Part shown: positions 26,639 to 35,795 of the stretch, in pieces
Layout of the letters: each line of letters begins with the position of its first letter
How positions within the stretch are numbered: position 1 is the stretch's first letter
Source of the DNA: Eubacteriales Family XIII. Incertae Sedis bacterium
Lineage (GTDB): Bacteria; Bacillota; Clostridia; Peptostreptococcales; Anaerovoracaceae
Direction of reading: 5' to 3'
DNA length: 47,885 nt
NCBI GenBank assembly: GCA_031269205.1
Contig: JAISZM010000163.1
Span: 1 to 47,885, forward strand
The notes under the pieces: generated by a model
Told to the model about the DNA's origin: nothing
The model's input: the letters and a program-made list of their open reading frames with translations, nothing else
Databases searched by the model: none
Made by a program: the position numbers and the translations under genes

Positions 26639-27424
26639 CTAGATATCCAGGTACGAGTCCGCGTACAGCGAACGATTCATTATTATCTCCGCTGTCTTGA
26701 TCGTGCCCATGAGACGCTTGTCGTTCGGGTTCAGTATGGCCGATGTCAGGCCACACTCGATGGCCATAGCCGTCAGTACGCTATCCACTATCGGACGCAC
26801 TTCCTTCGGCATACCGTTGGACGCGTTCGAGAGTCCGGCCGTCGAGTTGAGTCCCATGTCGGAGAGTTGCCTGATGAACTGGAGGTACTCGACCTGTTTT
26901 TCCTGCATTCCCTTGATCACAAGCGTGAGCGGATCAAACCAGAGATCGCTGGGTTCCATGCCGAGTTCCATAGCGTGCTCGAGCATCTCCTGACAGTATT
27001 GCATACGTTCGTCATTATCGCGCGGTACGCCCTGCTTGGAACAGAGAGCGATGGCTATCGCGTCGTTTGCGGCCGCAAGATCGATATAGTCGAGTCTGTC
27101 GCCGGCGTCCGCGGAGTTGACGATGGGCTTGCCCTTTGTGCGGTCGTAGACGGAGATGCCGGCTTCGATCGCCTTTCGGTTGGCCGTGTCGAGCGCGAGC
27201 GGTACGTTGTCGAGGTTCTCCTGCAACAGTTTGACGCCCCATTTCATGATGTCCTCGCCGTCCCTTTCGGCGGGGCCGATGTTGAGATCCAGATACGTGG
27301 CGCCCGAATCAAGCTGCTCTTTCCCGCGCGCGAGCAGAGGCTCCGGGTCGCGGTTTGCGAGCGCTTCCCTGATGACGGGCGAGATACAGTGTATCCGCTC
27401 GCCTATGATAATAAATTTGTCCAT
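26639..27424 (-). CDS. acsE: Methyltetrahydrofolate:corrinoid/iron-sulfur protein methyltransferase
   Basis: 261 aa with IIGERIHC..., LDLNIGP, LDTAN, NSA and GLSNASNGMP. Its position directly downstream of acsC/acsD supports the call. Confidence 0.85.
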   Translation of the reverse strand: MDKFIIIGERIHCISPVIREALANRDPEPLLARGKEQLDSGATYLDLNIGPAERDGEDIMKWGVKLLQENLDNVPLALDTANRKAIEAGISVYDRTKGKPIVNSADAGDRLDYIDLAAANDAIAIALCSKQGVPRDNDERMQYCQEMLEHAMELGMEPSDLWFDPLTLVIKGMQEKQVEYLQFIRQLSDMGLNSTAGLSNASNGMPKEVRPIVDSVLTAMAIECGLTSAILNPNDKRLMGTIKTAEIIMNRSLYADSYLDI

Positions 27425-27520
27425 AAATAGATCCCTCCGTTCATCCTTCCTTGAACCATGCCGCGCGGCGGCGCCAACGCTTCATGAAACCTTTTATCTA
27501 TCCGTTCTACGCTTCCCACC

Positions 27521-28855
27521 CTACGCCGCTTTAAACTCTTTCAGGAATTTCACGAGCGAAACCGCCTCGTTCGGCGCCACGACAATTTTCCAGCCCGGAA
27601 GGCTTTCCTCAAGCTCACCCTTTAGGACGGCGACCTTGCCCGGGATGAGTAGGTTTCGGTTCTTGATCTTCGATTCGATATCCTCTTCCTTGATGAACTT
27701 TGCGATGGAACCGGCCGAGAGTTTGCCCGCGGCCCACGCCGTCAGCACGGAATAACCGCCCGCGTCAGGTATGAGCAGGTTGACGGGTACGCCGGCGCGC
27801 TCGATCTCGCCCGAGACGATGAAGTACGTCAGCGCGAAGTCCACGGTCAGCGCGCAGAGGGAGTTTTCATCCGCGCCGTTGATGGGATATATGCCCACCT
27901 CGACCGTCATCGGCTTCTGGGGGTCGGTGAAGATGTTCTGCCGCAGACCGTAGAGGGGCAGAGCTTGGGCGTAGCTCATGCCGTCCATGACGATGATGCT
28001 CCCGTATTTGAGAATAAAGACGGAAGCGAGTGCGGTCTGCATACGGGCGTCACCGGGCGCGAGCGCGCTGACGTTGACTATCGAGGGGTAACCGAAACTG
28101 TGGTCGCCCGATTTCAGAGCGGCGCGCCTGATCTGCACGGCGTTCGCGAAGGCGTCCTTGACAGAGATAGCTCCGACGTCCAGCACGATATCCTTGACAC
28201 CCGCCTTCTCCACCTCCCGCACCGTGTCATACAGGGCGTCGAGATTGTCCGCCGTCACGCCGAGCGCTACGCCGTATTCCAGCGCGAGCGCCGCGAAAGT
28301 CTCATGATTGGACGGATTCGCGCCGTTCAGCAGGGGTTTCCCATCGGAGGTCGCCGCGAGCGCTTCCTTCGCCGCGTCCGCGTCTGTCGTCGCGAGCACG
28401 AGCGTCCTGCCCGCTGCCGAAACCTTTTTCGCCGCTTCGGCAAACGCCGCCTTGTCGCCGGAATATTCAAGATAGATGAGTTCCACGCACATACGCTCGC
28501 CGATGCGCTCATAATCTATCTTGCACGCGTGGGCTATGGTGGTATCCGCGGCGTCGGGAGCGGTACTGATCGCGAACAGGGGCTTGGATACGAACGTCTT
28601 GTCGTGGCGGAAGAGAACCGTCTCTCCTCCGAGGGCGTACTCCTCGTCTCTCGCGCCTATCCTGAACGATTTCATCGGTGGGGCGGTCGCTTCACCGAGA
28701 GCGTCGAGCGCTTCGGCCGACATATGCGGACATTTCTCTATCTGCACCGTACCCTGTGCGACCTTCATCGCGAAGGCCATACAGGTCGGCTGACCGCAGT
28801 CCTTGCAGTTTGTCTTTGGGGTGAGTTTGAAAATGTCTATTCCTTTTAGCGCCAT
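27521..28855 (-). CDS. acsC: Corrinoid iron-sulfur protein, large subunit
   Basis: 444 aa. N-terminal 4Fe-4S motif CKDCGQPTCMAFAMK....C. AAGGAGG SD. Confidence 0.9.
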   Translation of the reverse strand: MALKGIDIFKLTPKTNCKDCGQPTCMAFAMKVAQGTVQIEKCPHMSAEALDALGEATAPPMKSFRIGARDEEYALGGETVLFRHDKTFVSKPLFAISTAPDAADTTIAHACKIDYERIGERMCVELIYLEYSGDKAAFAEAAKKVSAAGRTLVLATTDADAAKEALAATSDGKPLLNGANPSNHETFAALALEYGVALGVTADNLDALYDTVREVEKAGVKDIVLDVGAISVKDAFANAVQIRRAALKSGDHSFGYPSIVNVSALAPGDARMQTALASVFILKYGSIIVMDGMSYAQALPLYGLRQNIFTDPQKPMTVEVGIYPINGADENSLCALTVDFALTYFIVSGEIERAGVPVNLLIPDAGGYSVLTAWAAGKLSAGSIAKFIKEEDIESKIKNRNLLIPGKVAVLKGELEESLPGWKIVVAPNEAVSLVKFLKEFKAA

Positions 28856-28882
28856 CTTTGGCCCTCCTTCTCTCAGATAGAG

Positions 28883-29833
28883 CTACGCGAGCGCGGCGAC
28901 CATATCCGCTATCGTTTTGACCGAAGCCGGATGCCTGAGTATGACCGCATCCGTACCGGCCGCGAGCGCGGCGGCGGCCGTCGATATCTCCATTTCGATA
29001 CCGCGCTCCTCACGCGGACCCCATTCCGGGAAATCGTCTTCGGAGACGACCGCTTCCTTGACGGCCCACGCGTCTTCCGCGACGGACGTGATGGACGGCA
29101 TCTGTAACGCGTCGTCGTTCTGCGATAGAGCGGCGAGCTTGACACGCTCTATCGTCGAAGATATGTATTCGAACCCGTAACCGGCCGCGGCCGCACCGAG
29201 GTTCATCACGTAGCTTCCGGGCTTTATGCCCATCTGCGCGATGAGTACGTTCAGTTGCTTCGCGAGATTGATATCGACAGAGGATTCGGCGCCGATCTTC
29301 TGGCCGTAGGCTGTGACGGCCGCGACCGCGATTCCCTTGTAGTTCTCCTCCTTCGCCGAGAGCAAAAGAACGTTCATCCCTTGTAATGCCTCGGCGACCT
29401 TGGGTATCAGTTCCTGATCCTTGTCCACATTGCCCGTTCCCTGTATCACTACCGGCTTGCCGCCGGCGGCAAGAGCCACGGCCACTTCCTTCGCGAGCGC
29501 GGCGGCGTCCTCAGATGTCGCGTTATCGCCGTTCGGGTCAGCGCTTTCGAGCACGAGACTCACGAAATCCGCGCCCGGCGCGGTACACGCCCTCGACGCG
29601 ATGTCCGACAAACTCTCAGCTCCGCTATAGAAAGCGCTGAGTTCCGGCAGACTGCGATCAGGACCTTTGTCGGAAATCTCTATGCCGACTAACGCCCGGT
29701 GTTTCGCCTGAGCGTCGAAATTGTACAACGGCAGAGTGTTCGCGCCGCCGAAAACGACGGACGCCCCTTCCGTTCCGAATTCGACTTCGGTGATGCTGGC
29801 GCCGAATACCTGTGGTTCTCGTTTGAAGGTCAT
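28883..29833 (-). CDS. acsD: Corrinoid iron-sulfur protein, small subunit
   Basis: I prefer the ATG at 29833 (MTFKREPQVF...), which sits 9 nt after AAGGAG. The ORF track extends to 29875. TIM-barrel-like sequence and acsC/acsB context. Confidence 0.88.
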   Translation of the reverse strand: MTFKREPQVFGASITEVEFGTEGASVVFGGANTLPLYNFDAQAKHRALVGIEISDKGPDRSLPELSAFYSGAESLSDIASRACTAPGADFVSLVLESADPNGDNATSEDAAALAKEVAVALAAGGKPVVIQGTGNVDKDQELIPKVAEALQGMNVLLLSAKEENYKGIAVAAVTAYGQKIGAESSVDINLAKQLNVLIAQMGIKPGSYVMNLGAAAAGYGFEYISSTIERVKLAALSQNDDALQMPSITSVAEDAWAVKEAVVSEDDFPEWGPREERGIEMEISTAAAALAAGTDAVILRHPASVKTIADMVAALA

Positions 29834-29920
29834 GCGATTTATTCTCCTTTTTGTGTTTGCCTGCTCTTTCCGCACCCGGCGACTGAGCAGGGCAGCGGAA
29901 CAATTATCTACCGGATATCC

Positions 29921-32050
29921 TCAAAACATCGGATCCATGCCGAGCGCGGGATGACCCTTTTCCGCAAGGAACTCCATGAGCGCCTCCGGGTCTTCAGCGA
30001 CGGTTTCGTCCCCGATCATGTCGGAAAAATTGTCTATATCGTACAGCTCCTTTGCTGTGACGTTCAGCTTTGACGCGACGAGATCCTTCAGCGCTTTCGG
30101 CATCCACACGATGCGCAATGAGCCGCCCTCGGCTTTCATGAACTTCTTTGAAGCGATGAAGTGTTTGCCGTGGCCCATGAACCCCGGCGTCTGCACGCCG
30201 CCGCCCGTCATCGAAGCCATCTCCGGGAACGTCATGCCGAGCGGCGTCACGCCGATGTGCTCCCTGTTGACGATGACGACGCCGTTAGAGAAGGGCTCTA
30301 TGCCGCAGATACATTCGAAGCAGCCGCAGCTCGTCATCGGATCCACCATGATTGAATACAGCGAAACGCTCTCGAGGTTGCCGTGCGACGAGGCGAACAC
30401 ATTCTCGTTAACGTCCTCCCAGATGCCGATCTCGGGATCGACCACGCGTTCCCGCGTAACGACCTGACACGGACCCTGCGGGTTCAGCCTGTTCGTCGCC
30501 TTCGCGTCGAGCCATGATACCGCGCCACAGAGACCGAGTCTTTCGGGCGTGACGATGCAGACGTGTGACGGCGAGAACGACTGACAGAGTATGCAGTTGT
30601 AAAAGACGTCGACGCTCTCGTCCGTCAGCGACAACAGGCGCGCGTCTCTTGTGTCGTAGACCGCGTTCGCCTCGGCGCGCAACGTCTTCAGATCTTCCGG
30701 TCTCGTGTATATCTTCACGGAACACTTGTCGACGACCGATTCATACTCACTCATGATCTTCGCGTAGAGTATCTCTCCGATGTGTTTGAGGCGGAACCCG
30801 GCGTCGAAGGCTGTTTTGCTGATGCGGATACGTATGATGTCGCGCTGGCCGGTGTGCATGATGCCCTCGGCGCAGTTGATGAAGTTGTGAAAGTTGCGCT
30901 CAAACACGGGTTCAAAATCCTTCACCATGTTCTTCCCCGCGACATCCGCGATGATGCCGACGCCGAGCCGTTCCCCTTCGGGGGTTTCGTCGATGTCCGG
31001 GCCGATGATCTCGATAGCGTGATCCTCGATTTCGTGAGCCTCGGCCATGCGAACGAGTTCGAAGGAATCGAAGCGCGAGCCGTCGTAGTCGATGCGCATG
31101 TCGGCCTTGCGGACGATCTCACCCTCGAATGCGCTCGAGAAGGCGACGGGGATGTCCACGTTCGTGATCTTCAGTTTGATATCGCGCGCCTCGAGCGATG
31201 TCTCTATGAAATCCGGGGTCGTCTTTTGTATGATGAGGCTTTTCGGAACGGCCCACATGTCCTCCTCGTCGTTCGTTATGACGGGAAAGCCCATGGCGAT
31301 AGCGCCGCCTCCGCACGCGACGACAATGTCGCTGACCGGTTCGTACACGTTCACGAAAGCGTGGATGCGCCAGAAGGTGTATTCGTCCAGTTCGTATCTG
31401 TCTCCCGGCTGTACGGCGCCGAATATCATGGCCGCCCTGTTGACGAACGAGATGATATGGGCCACCTGCCATATGTCCGGCCCGACGGCGACCACGCGCA
31501 CGGGGAATCCCATGTTCAGGTCAAGCCGCCGGGCCTGCTCTATGATTTCGCCAAGGAGGAAGACGAATATCCCGCGGGTCTGATATCCCTTTATGATATC
31601 AACGGCTTCCTCGTCGGACGGCGCTCTGCCGTAGATGACGACAAAACCGGGTATGTCGTTCGTGACGAGAGGTACGCCTAGCTCCCTCACCTCCGCATCG
31701 GACAGATGCCCGTGGTAGTTCCCTTCGTAGGGATCGGCGCTCTTGGCGTACTTGCACGCCTCTATGGTTTCGGCGGCCATGAATGTGCCGAAGCCCGTGC
31801 GGAATACGGCGCTCAGATTTTGCTCGCGTACGCGCCATGTCTTGGCTTCTTCAAAGGCGTCCTTCAGTTCGCTGATCGTCGTGACCTGCCTCTTCGTGTA
31901 GGACAGGTAATTGGCGAGATGGTAGGCCGTGTTCGGCATACTGAGCGGCGTGTTTTCGCCGAGCTTAGCGACCGCGTCCTCGATGGCTTTCTCCGCGAGC
32001 GCGTACATCTCATCCGCTCCGTCAAATACTCTGTCAAACAGTTTCTTCAT
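29921..32050 (-). CDS. acsB: Acetyl-CoA synthase (A-cluster subunit)
   Basis: 709 aa. Contains the A-cluster cysteine region ...CILCQSFSPSHVCIVTPERLGLCGA... and ...TSCGCFEC.... Confidence 0.95.
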   Translation of the reverse strand: MKKLFDRVFDGADEMYALAEKAIEDAVAKLGENTPLSMPNTAYHLANYLSYTKRQVTTISELKDAFEEAKTWRVREQNLSAVFRTGFGTFMAAETIEACKYAKSADPYEGNYHGHLSDAEVRELGVPLVTNDIPGFVVIYGRAPSDEEAVDIIKGYQTRGIFVFLLGEIIEQARRLDLNMGFPVRVVAVGPDIWQVAHIISFVNRAAMIFGAVQPGDRYELDEYTFWRIHAFVNVYEPVSDIVVACGGGAIAMGFPVITNDEEDMWAVPKSLIIQKTTPDFIETSLEARDIKLKITNVDIPVAFSSAFEGEIVRKADMRIDYDGSRFDSFELVRMAEAHEIEDHAIEIIGPDIDETPEGERLGVGIIADVAGKNMVKDFEPVFERNFHNFINCAEGIMHTGQRDIIRIRISKTAFDAGFRLKHIGEILYAKIMSEYESVVDKCSVKIYTRPEDLKTLRAEANAVYDTRDARLLSLTDESVDVFYNCILCQSFSPSHVCIVTPERLGLCGAVSWLDAKATNRLNPQGPCQVVTRERVVDPEIGIWEDVNENVFASSHGNLESVSLYSIMVDPMTSCGCFECICGIEPFSNGVVIVNREHIGVTPLGMTFPEMASMTGGGVQTPGFMGHGKHFIASKKFMKAEGGSLRIVWMPKALKDLVASKLNVTAKELYDIDNFSDMIGDETVAEDPEALMEFLAEKGHPALGMDPMF

Positions 32051-32084
32051 TATCCTACCCGTTCTTCTGTCAGAGGTAATTTCC

Positions 32085-32852
32085 TCATGACTCTATGCGC
32101 TCTTTTATAATATTGACTTCTTTCGCAAAGAGGCCGTCGGATGCGAGTGGCGATCCGCCCGCCTTGTCCGCCTCGACGACGCCGCCGCTGTAGCTGATAA
32201 ACCCGAGCAGATCCTCTTGCGGTACGCGCCCTGATATAAAAGCTCTGTCCGCGTCGTCAGTGACCTTGTTGCCGACGACGCTCACCCTTCTCACGCCGAG
32301 GTCGGTCGCGAGGGCGCGTATGCGCTCGTACGTCTGTATGCTGCGCGCGCCCGGTTCGACGACGGCGATGAACCGATCGACCATGCCCGCCGTGCCTCTG
32401 CCGAGATGTTCGATGCCGGCTTCCATATCCATGACGATCACATCGTCCGATTTCAACACGAGGTGAGAGACGACCCTCTTCAACATCACGTGTTCGGGAC
32501 AGACGCAACCGCCCCCTCCTGTCTCCACCGTTCCCATTACCAGAAGTTTTACCCCGTTCTTCTCGACCGCGAACCTGTCAGGGATGTCGTCAACCCTCGG
32601 ATTGATCTTGAAAAACTTCCCGTAATTTTCCCTGTCCGCGCCCGTGCGTTCCGCGATGAGACCGGACATATCCGCTATCGGCGTAATGTCCGCGACTTCG
32701 TCCTCAGTGAGACCGAGGGCGAGGCCGAGGTTTGCGTCGGGGTCGGCGTCCACGGCGAGTACGCGCCAGCCGTCCGCGGCGTACAACCGCGCCAGCGACG
32801 CCGCGAGCGTCGTCTTGCCTACTCCTCCTTTGCCGGTGACCGCTATCTTCAT
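32085..32852 (-). CDS. cooC: CooC/AcsF-type nickel-insertion ATPase (copy 1)
   Basis: I prefer the start MKIAVTGKGGVGKTT (P-loop). CxC nickel motif GGGCVCPEH. The ORF-track start at 32936 would overlap acsA. Confidence 0.9.
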   Translation of the reverse strand: MKIAVTGKGGVGKTTLAASLARLYAADGWRVLAVDADPDANLGLALGLTEDEVADITPIADMSGLIAERTGADRENYGKFFKINPRVDDIPDRFAVEKNGVKLLVMGTVETGGGGCVCPEHVMLKRVVSHLVLKSDDVIVMDMEAGIEHLGRGTAGMVDRFIAVVEPGARSIQTYERIRALATDLGVRRVSVVGNKVTDDADRAFISGRVPQEDLLGFISYSGGVVEADKAGGSPLASDGLFAKEVNIIKERIES

Positions 32853-32904
32853 GGATCGCTTTTCCTGTCGCGCGTCGTCGCGCTTCGCCTCTCTTTTCAA
32901 ATGT

Positions 32905-34827
32905 TTATATATCCAGCAGCTTGCGCTTCGCCTCAATCCCCTCGATGATCGCCTTCACGAGTTCGTCGGGATCCGTGTTTATCGTGTAGCCCGCGCCGCT
33001 TATCTCGCGCGTACCTTCAGTTATGAGCTGTATCATCTGCTCAGAGCCGTGTACCTGCGGCTGTATGCCCAGGTATACGTCGAGTCCCGTCGCGACCACG
33101 TAGTTCGCTATCGCGACGGCCTTCTCGCTCATCCATTCGGGCGCGCAGCCGACGACCGGTATCTTCGTGATATCCACGTCCCAGTCCTTCGCTATGCCCG
33201 TCGCGAGCAGCATCATGCGGCTGATATCGACGCAGGCGCCCATATGCAGGATCGGCGGTATTCCGACGAGGGTGCAGACCCTCTTCAGACCGTCGCCGCA
33301 CAGTTCCTTGGCTTCCTTGCTCATGAGTCCGGCCTTCGCCGCGGCCTGCGCGGCGCAGCCCGTCGTCACGACGAGGATGTCGTGTTCCATGAGCGTCCTC
33401 ATGATGTCTATATGCGAAAAGTCGGGGCGCACCTTCGGATTGTTGCAACCCACCATCGCGACGGCGCCCCTGAGGACGCCCGCCCTGATCGCGTCTATAG
33501 CCGGCTTGTACGAACCGCGTTCTTCCTTCTCTCCGTTGACGGTGAGAACCCCATGACTGTTCGTCACGCCGTCGAGTTCAAGGATGATCTGCTCACACGG
33601 ATAGCCGACCGCGGCTGCCTCCTTGTGCTCCGGGATGAAGACCTTCTTCGAATCCCTGTTCGCGAAGTTGTCTATCGCCTCTGCCACGAGTGTCTTCGCC
33701 TGTTCGAACGCCGTCTCCGTTTCAAACTTCACGTACTTCGAGCCGGGGATGCGCGCGATGGGGGACGAGGTGACGAATATCGTATGGAAGCAGTCGGTCA
33801 ACGGGCCGAGCGCCGGGAATATGCACTGGACGTCGACGCACATCATCTCGATCGCGCCCGTCAGAACCGCATTCTCCTGTTGCAGAAAGTTTCCGACCAT
33901 GCGCACGCCATGGCGCATTGCGACCTCGTTGGCAGTGCAACACAGACCAGCCATGTTGATGCCCTTCGCGCCTTTTTCCCTCGCGTAGTCCTGCATCTCT
34001 TTCGTCTCGGAGGCGAGGACCATCATCTCTGAAAACGCCGGATCGTGGCCATGTACGACGATGTTCACCATGTCGTTCTCGAGGACGCCGAGGTTGCCCT
34101 CGGTCGCGCGCGCTGTCGGCGTACCGAACAGTATGTCGGAGAAGTCTGTGCCGATCATGCTGCCGCCCCACCCGTCGGCCATGCCGACGCGCAGGCTCTG
34201 TCTGACGAGGGTGGGCGCGTCCGCCGTATTGCCCATGTGGGTCATGTGCAGGGATGTGCAGACCTCGCGGTCTATCGCGCGCGGCTCTATCTCCTGATCC
34301 GCCCAGACCTTCTGCCGTTCGTCCGTAGCGCGCTTCAGGCAGTCGAGCGTACCGAACGGCTTGCCGAACTCGTTCAGCCCGTGCAGGGCTACGTCGTGCG
34401 CTACATCGTAGAGGTCGCGTCCCTCCGACTCTATGCCCCACTCGGCGGCTATTCGCATGAGCTTGGCCTCGTCGCGTATGTTGAACTGGCTATCCGGATT
34501 TGATTTCAGAAGCGCGTGGGCCATCTCGCGCGCGTGGTCGGAGTGGGACGCCGATCCCGCCGCCGCCATACGCAGGTAATGTCTGCCGGCGATAGCGTGC
34601 GCGTCCGCGCCGCAGATGCCGCGATCAGCCTTTGGCGTGACGCGGCACGGCCCCATGGAACAGATGCGGCAGCAGATGCCCTGCTCGCCGAATTTGCACT
34701 GGGGCTGTTGCTGCTCCTTGCGTTTTTGCCACGTTTCGGCTCCCGCCTCGTCGGCCAATTCACAGAGCCTGACCGTGTCGGCCTCCATCTGCTCCACTGT
34801 TGTAAAATTCAATTCTTCTTTTCTCAA
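32905..34827 (-). CDS. acsA: Anaerobic carbon monoxide dehydrogenase catalytic subunit
   Basis: 640 aa. N-terminal cysteine clusters CKFGEQGICCRICSMGPCR...GICGA. TTG start 7 nt after AGGAG. Confidence 0.95.
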   Translation of the reverse strand: MRKEELNFTTVEQMEADTVRLCELADEAGAETWQKRKEQQQPQCKFGEQGICCRICSMGPCRVTPKADRGICGADAHAIAGRHYLRMAAAGSASHSDHAREMAHALLKSNPDSQFNIRDEAKLMRIAAEWGIESEGRDLYDVAHDVALHGLNEFGKPFGTLDCLKRATDERQKVWADQEIEPRAIDREVCTSLHMTHMGNTADAPTLVRQSLRVGMADGWGGSMIGTDFSDILFGTPTARATEGNLGVLENDMVNIVVHGHDPAFSEMMVLASETKEMQDYAREKGAKGINMAGLCCTANEVAMRHGVRMVGNFLQQENAVLTGAIEMMCVDVQCIFPALGPLTDCFHTIFVTSSPIARIPGSKYVKFETETAFEQAKTLVAEAIDNFANRDSKKVFIPEHKEAAAVGYPCEQIILELDGVTNSHGVLTVNGEKEERGSYKPAIDAIRAGVLRGAVAMVGCNNPKVRPDFSHIDIMRTLMEHDILVVTTGCAAQAAAKAGLMSKEAKELCGDGLKRVCTLVGIPPILHMGACVDISRMMLLATGIAKDWDVDITKIPVVGCAPEWMSEKAVAIANYVVATGLDVYLGIQPQVHGSEQMIQLITEGTREISGAGYTINTDPDELVKAIIEGIEAKRKLLDI

Positions 34828-34837
34828 AACGTTGCTC

Positions 34838-35659
34838 CTATAGTATTCGTTCCACTATCTCTTCGAACGCCTTGCGCGCCAGCGCGTCTGGCGGCAGCGT
34901 CGCGGTCGGTCTGCCGTCTGAGTCGTATTCGTACACGAGCGGATCGGACGGCACGACCCCCGCGAGCGCGAGTCCCTGCTTCGTTATCTCCTCGGCGATG
35001 CCTTTGCCCAAATCGTAGACGCGGCCGCCCGCCTCGTATGCGACGTCGTCGCCTTTCCCCGCCGCCGGCGCCTTGTTCACTATAAAATCTATGGACTGCG
35101 GCGTCAGTCCCAGCTCACGCGTCAGTTCCTGTATCCTTCCGGCGGCCTGAACTCCCCTGCGAGAGCAGTCGGACACGATGAGTATTCGGTCGACCCGCGG
35201 CAGTACGCCGCGGCTCAGATGCTCCATGCCCGCCTCGTTGTCCACAACGAGATAGCGGTAATTGTTCGCGTAGCGGGCGATATGGCTCTGCAACAGGCCG
35301 TTCACAAAGCAGTAACAGCCCTTGCCCTGCGTGCGACCCATGATGAGCAGATCGTAGTCGTCCTCCTCGGTGATGGCTGTCTGGAAACGCGAATCGAGCC
35401 ATTCCTGCTTGGACATGCCGGGCGGGATGGGGGTGTTTTCGTCCATGTCCGCGCCGTTGATCGTGTCGCGCAGTTCCGCGAGCGAGGGTTCCGCCTCGAC
35501 GCCGAGCACGTCCGCGAGGTTCGCGTTAGCGTCCGCGTCTACCGCAAGGATCGGCGTCAGCCCCTTCCGGGCGAGCCATCCTATGAGAAAACCTGAGAGG
35601 GTGGTCTTCCCGGTACCGCCTTTACCTGTCACCGCGATAATTTCCGTCATGTTTTTCAC
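34838..35659 (-). CDS. cooC: CooC/AcsF-type nickel-insertion ATPase (copy 2)
   Basis: P-loop AVTGKGGTGKTT and CxC motif GKGCYCF. The ORF-track start is a GTG at 35659. An ATG three codons later (35650) is the alternative. There is no SD. Confidence 0.85.
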   Translation of the reverse strand: MKNMTEIIAVTGKGGTGKTTLSGFLIGWLARKGLTPILAVDADANANLADVLGVEAEPSLAELRDTINGADMDENTPIPPGMSKQEWLDSRFQTAITEEDDYDLLIMGRTQGKGCYCFVNGLLQSHIARYANNYRYLVVDNEAGMEHLSRGVLPRVDRILIVSDCSRRGVQAAGRIQELTRELGLTPQSIDFIVNKAPAAGKGDDVAYEAGGRVYDLGKGIAEEITKQGLALAGVVPSDPLVYEYDSDGRPTATLPPDALARKAFEEIVERIL

Positions 35660-35665
35660 ACTTAT

Positions 35666-35694
35666 ATTCTAGAGAATGCTAAAGAGACTTGCAA
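35666..35694 (-). promoter_or_regulatory. Sigma-70-like promoter TTGCAA-17 nt-TAGAAT directly upstream of cooC copy 2
   Basis: Read on the minus strand. The -10 ends 6 nt before the GTG at 35659, which implies a leaderless or very short-leader transcript. Confidence 0.45.
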
Positions 35695-35726
35695 TCAGGC
35701 GGATTCACGGTTTTTCGGCCATCCTA

Positions 35727-35750
35727 TAGTACGGATTGTACGAAGGGATT
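35727..35750 (-). promoter_or_regulatory. Copy B of the shared element (AATCCCTTCGTACAATCCGTACTA), upstream of the cooC-acsA promoter
   Basis: 18/18 identity with 23562-23579. The 5' extension AATCCCT(T)CGTACA is shared with 41534-41552. Confidence 0.5.
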
Positions 35751-35795
35751 CCCCCGCGCTGAATAATTTCGATAAGCGACGAACCGCTCGACGCG

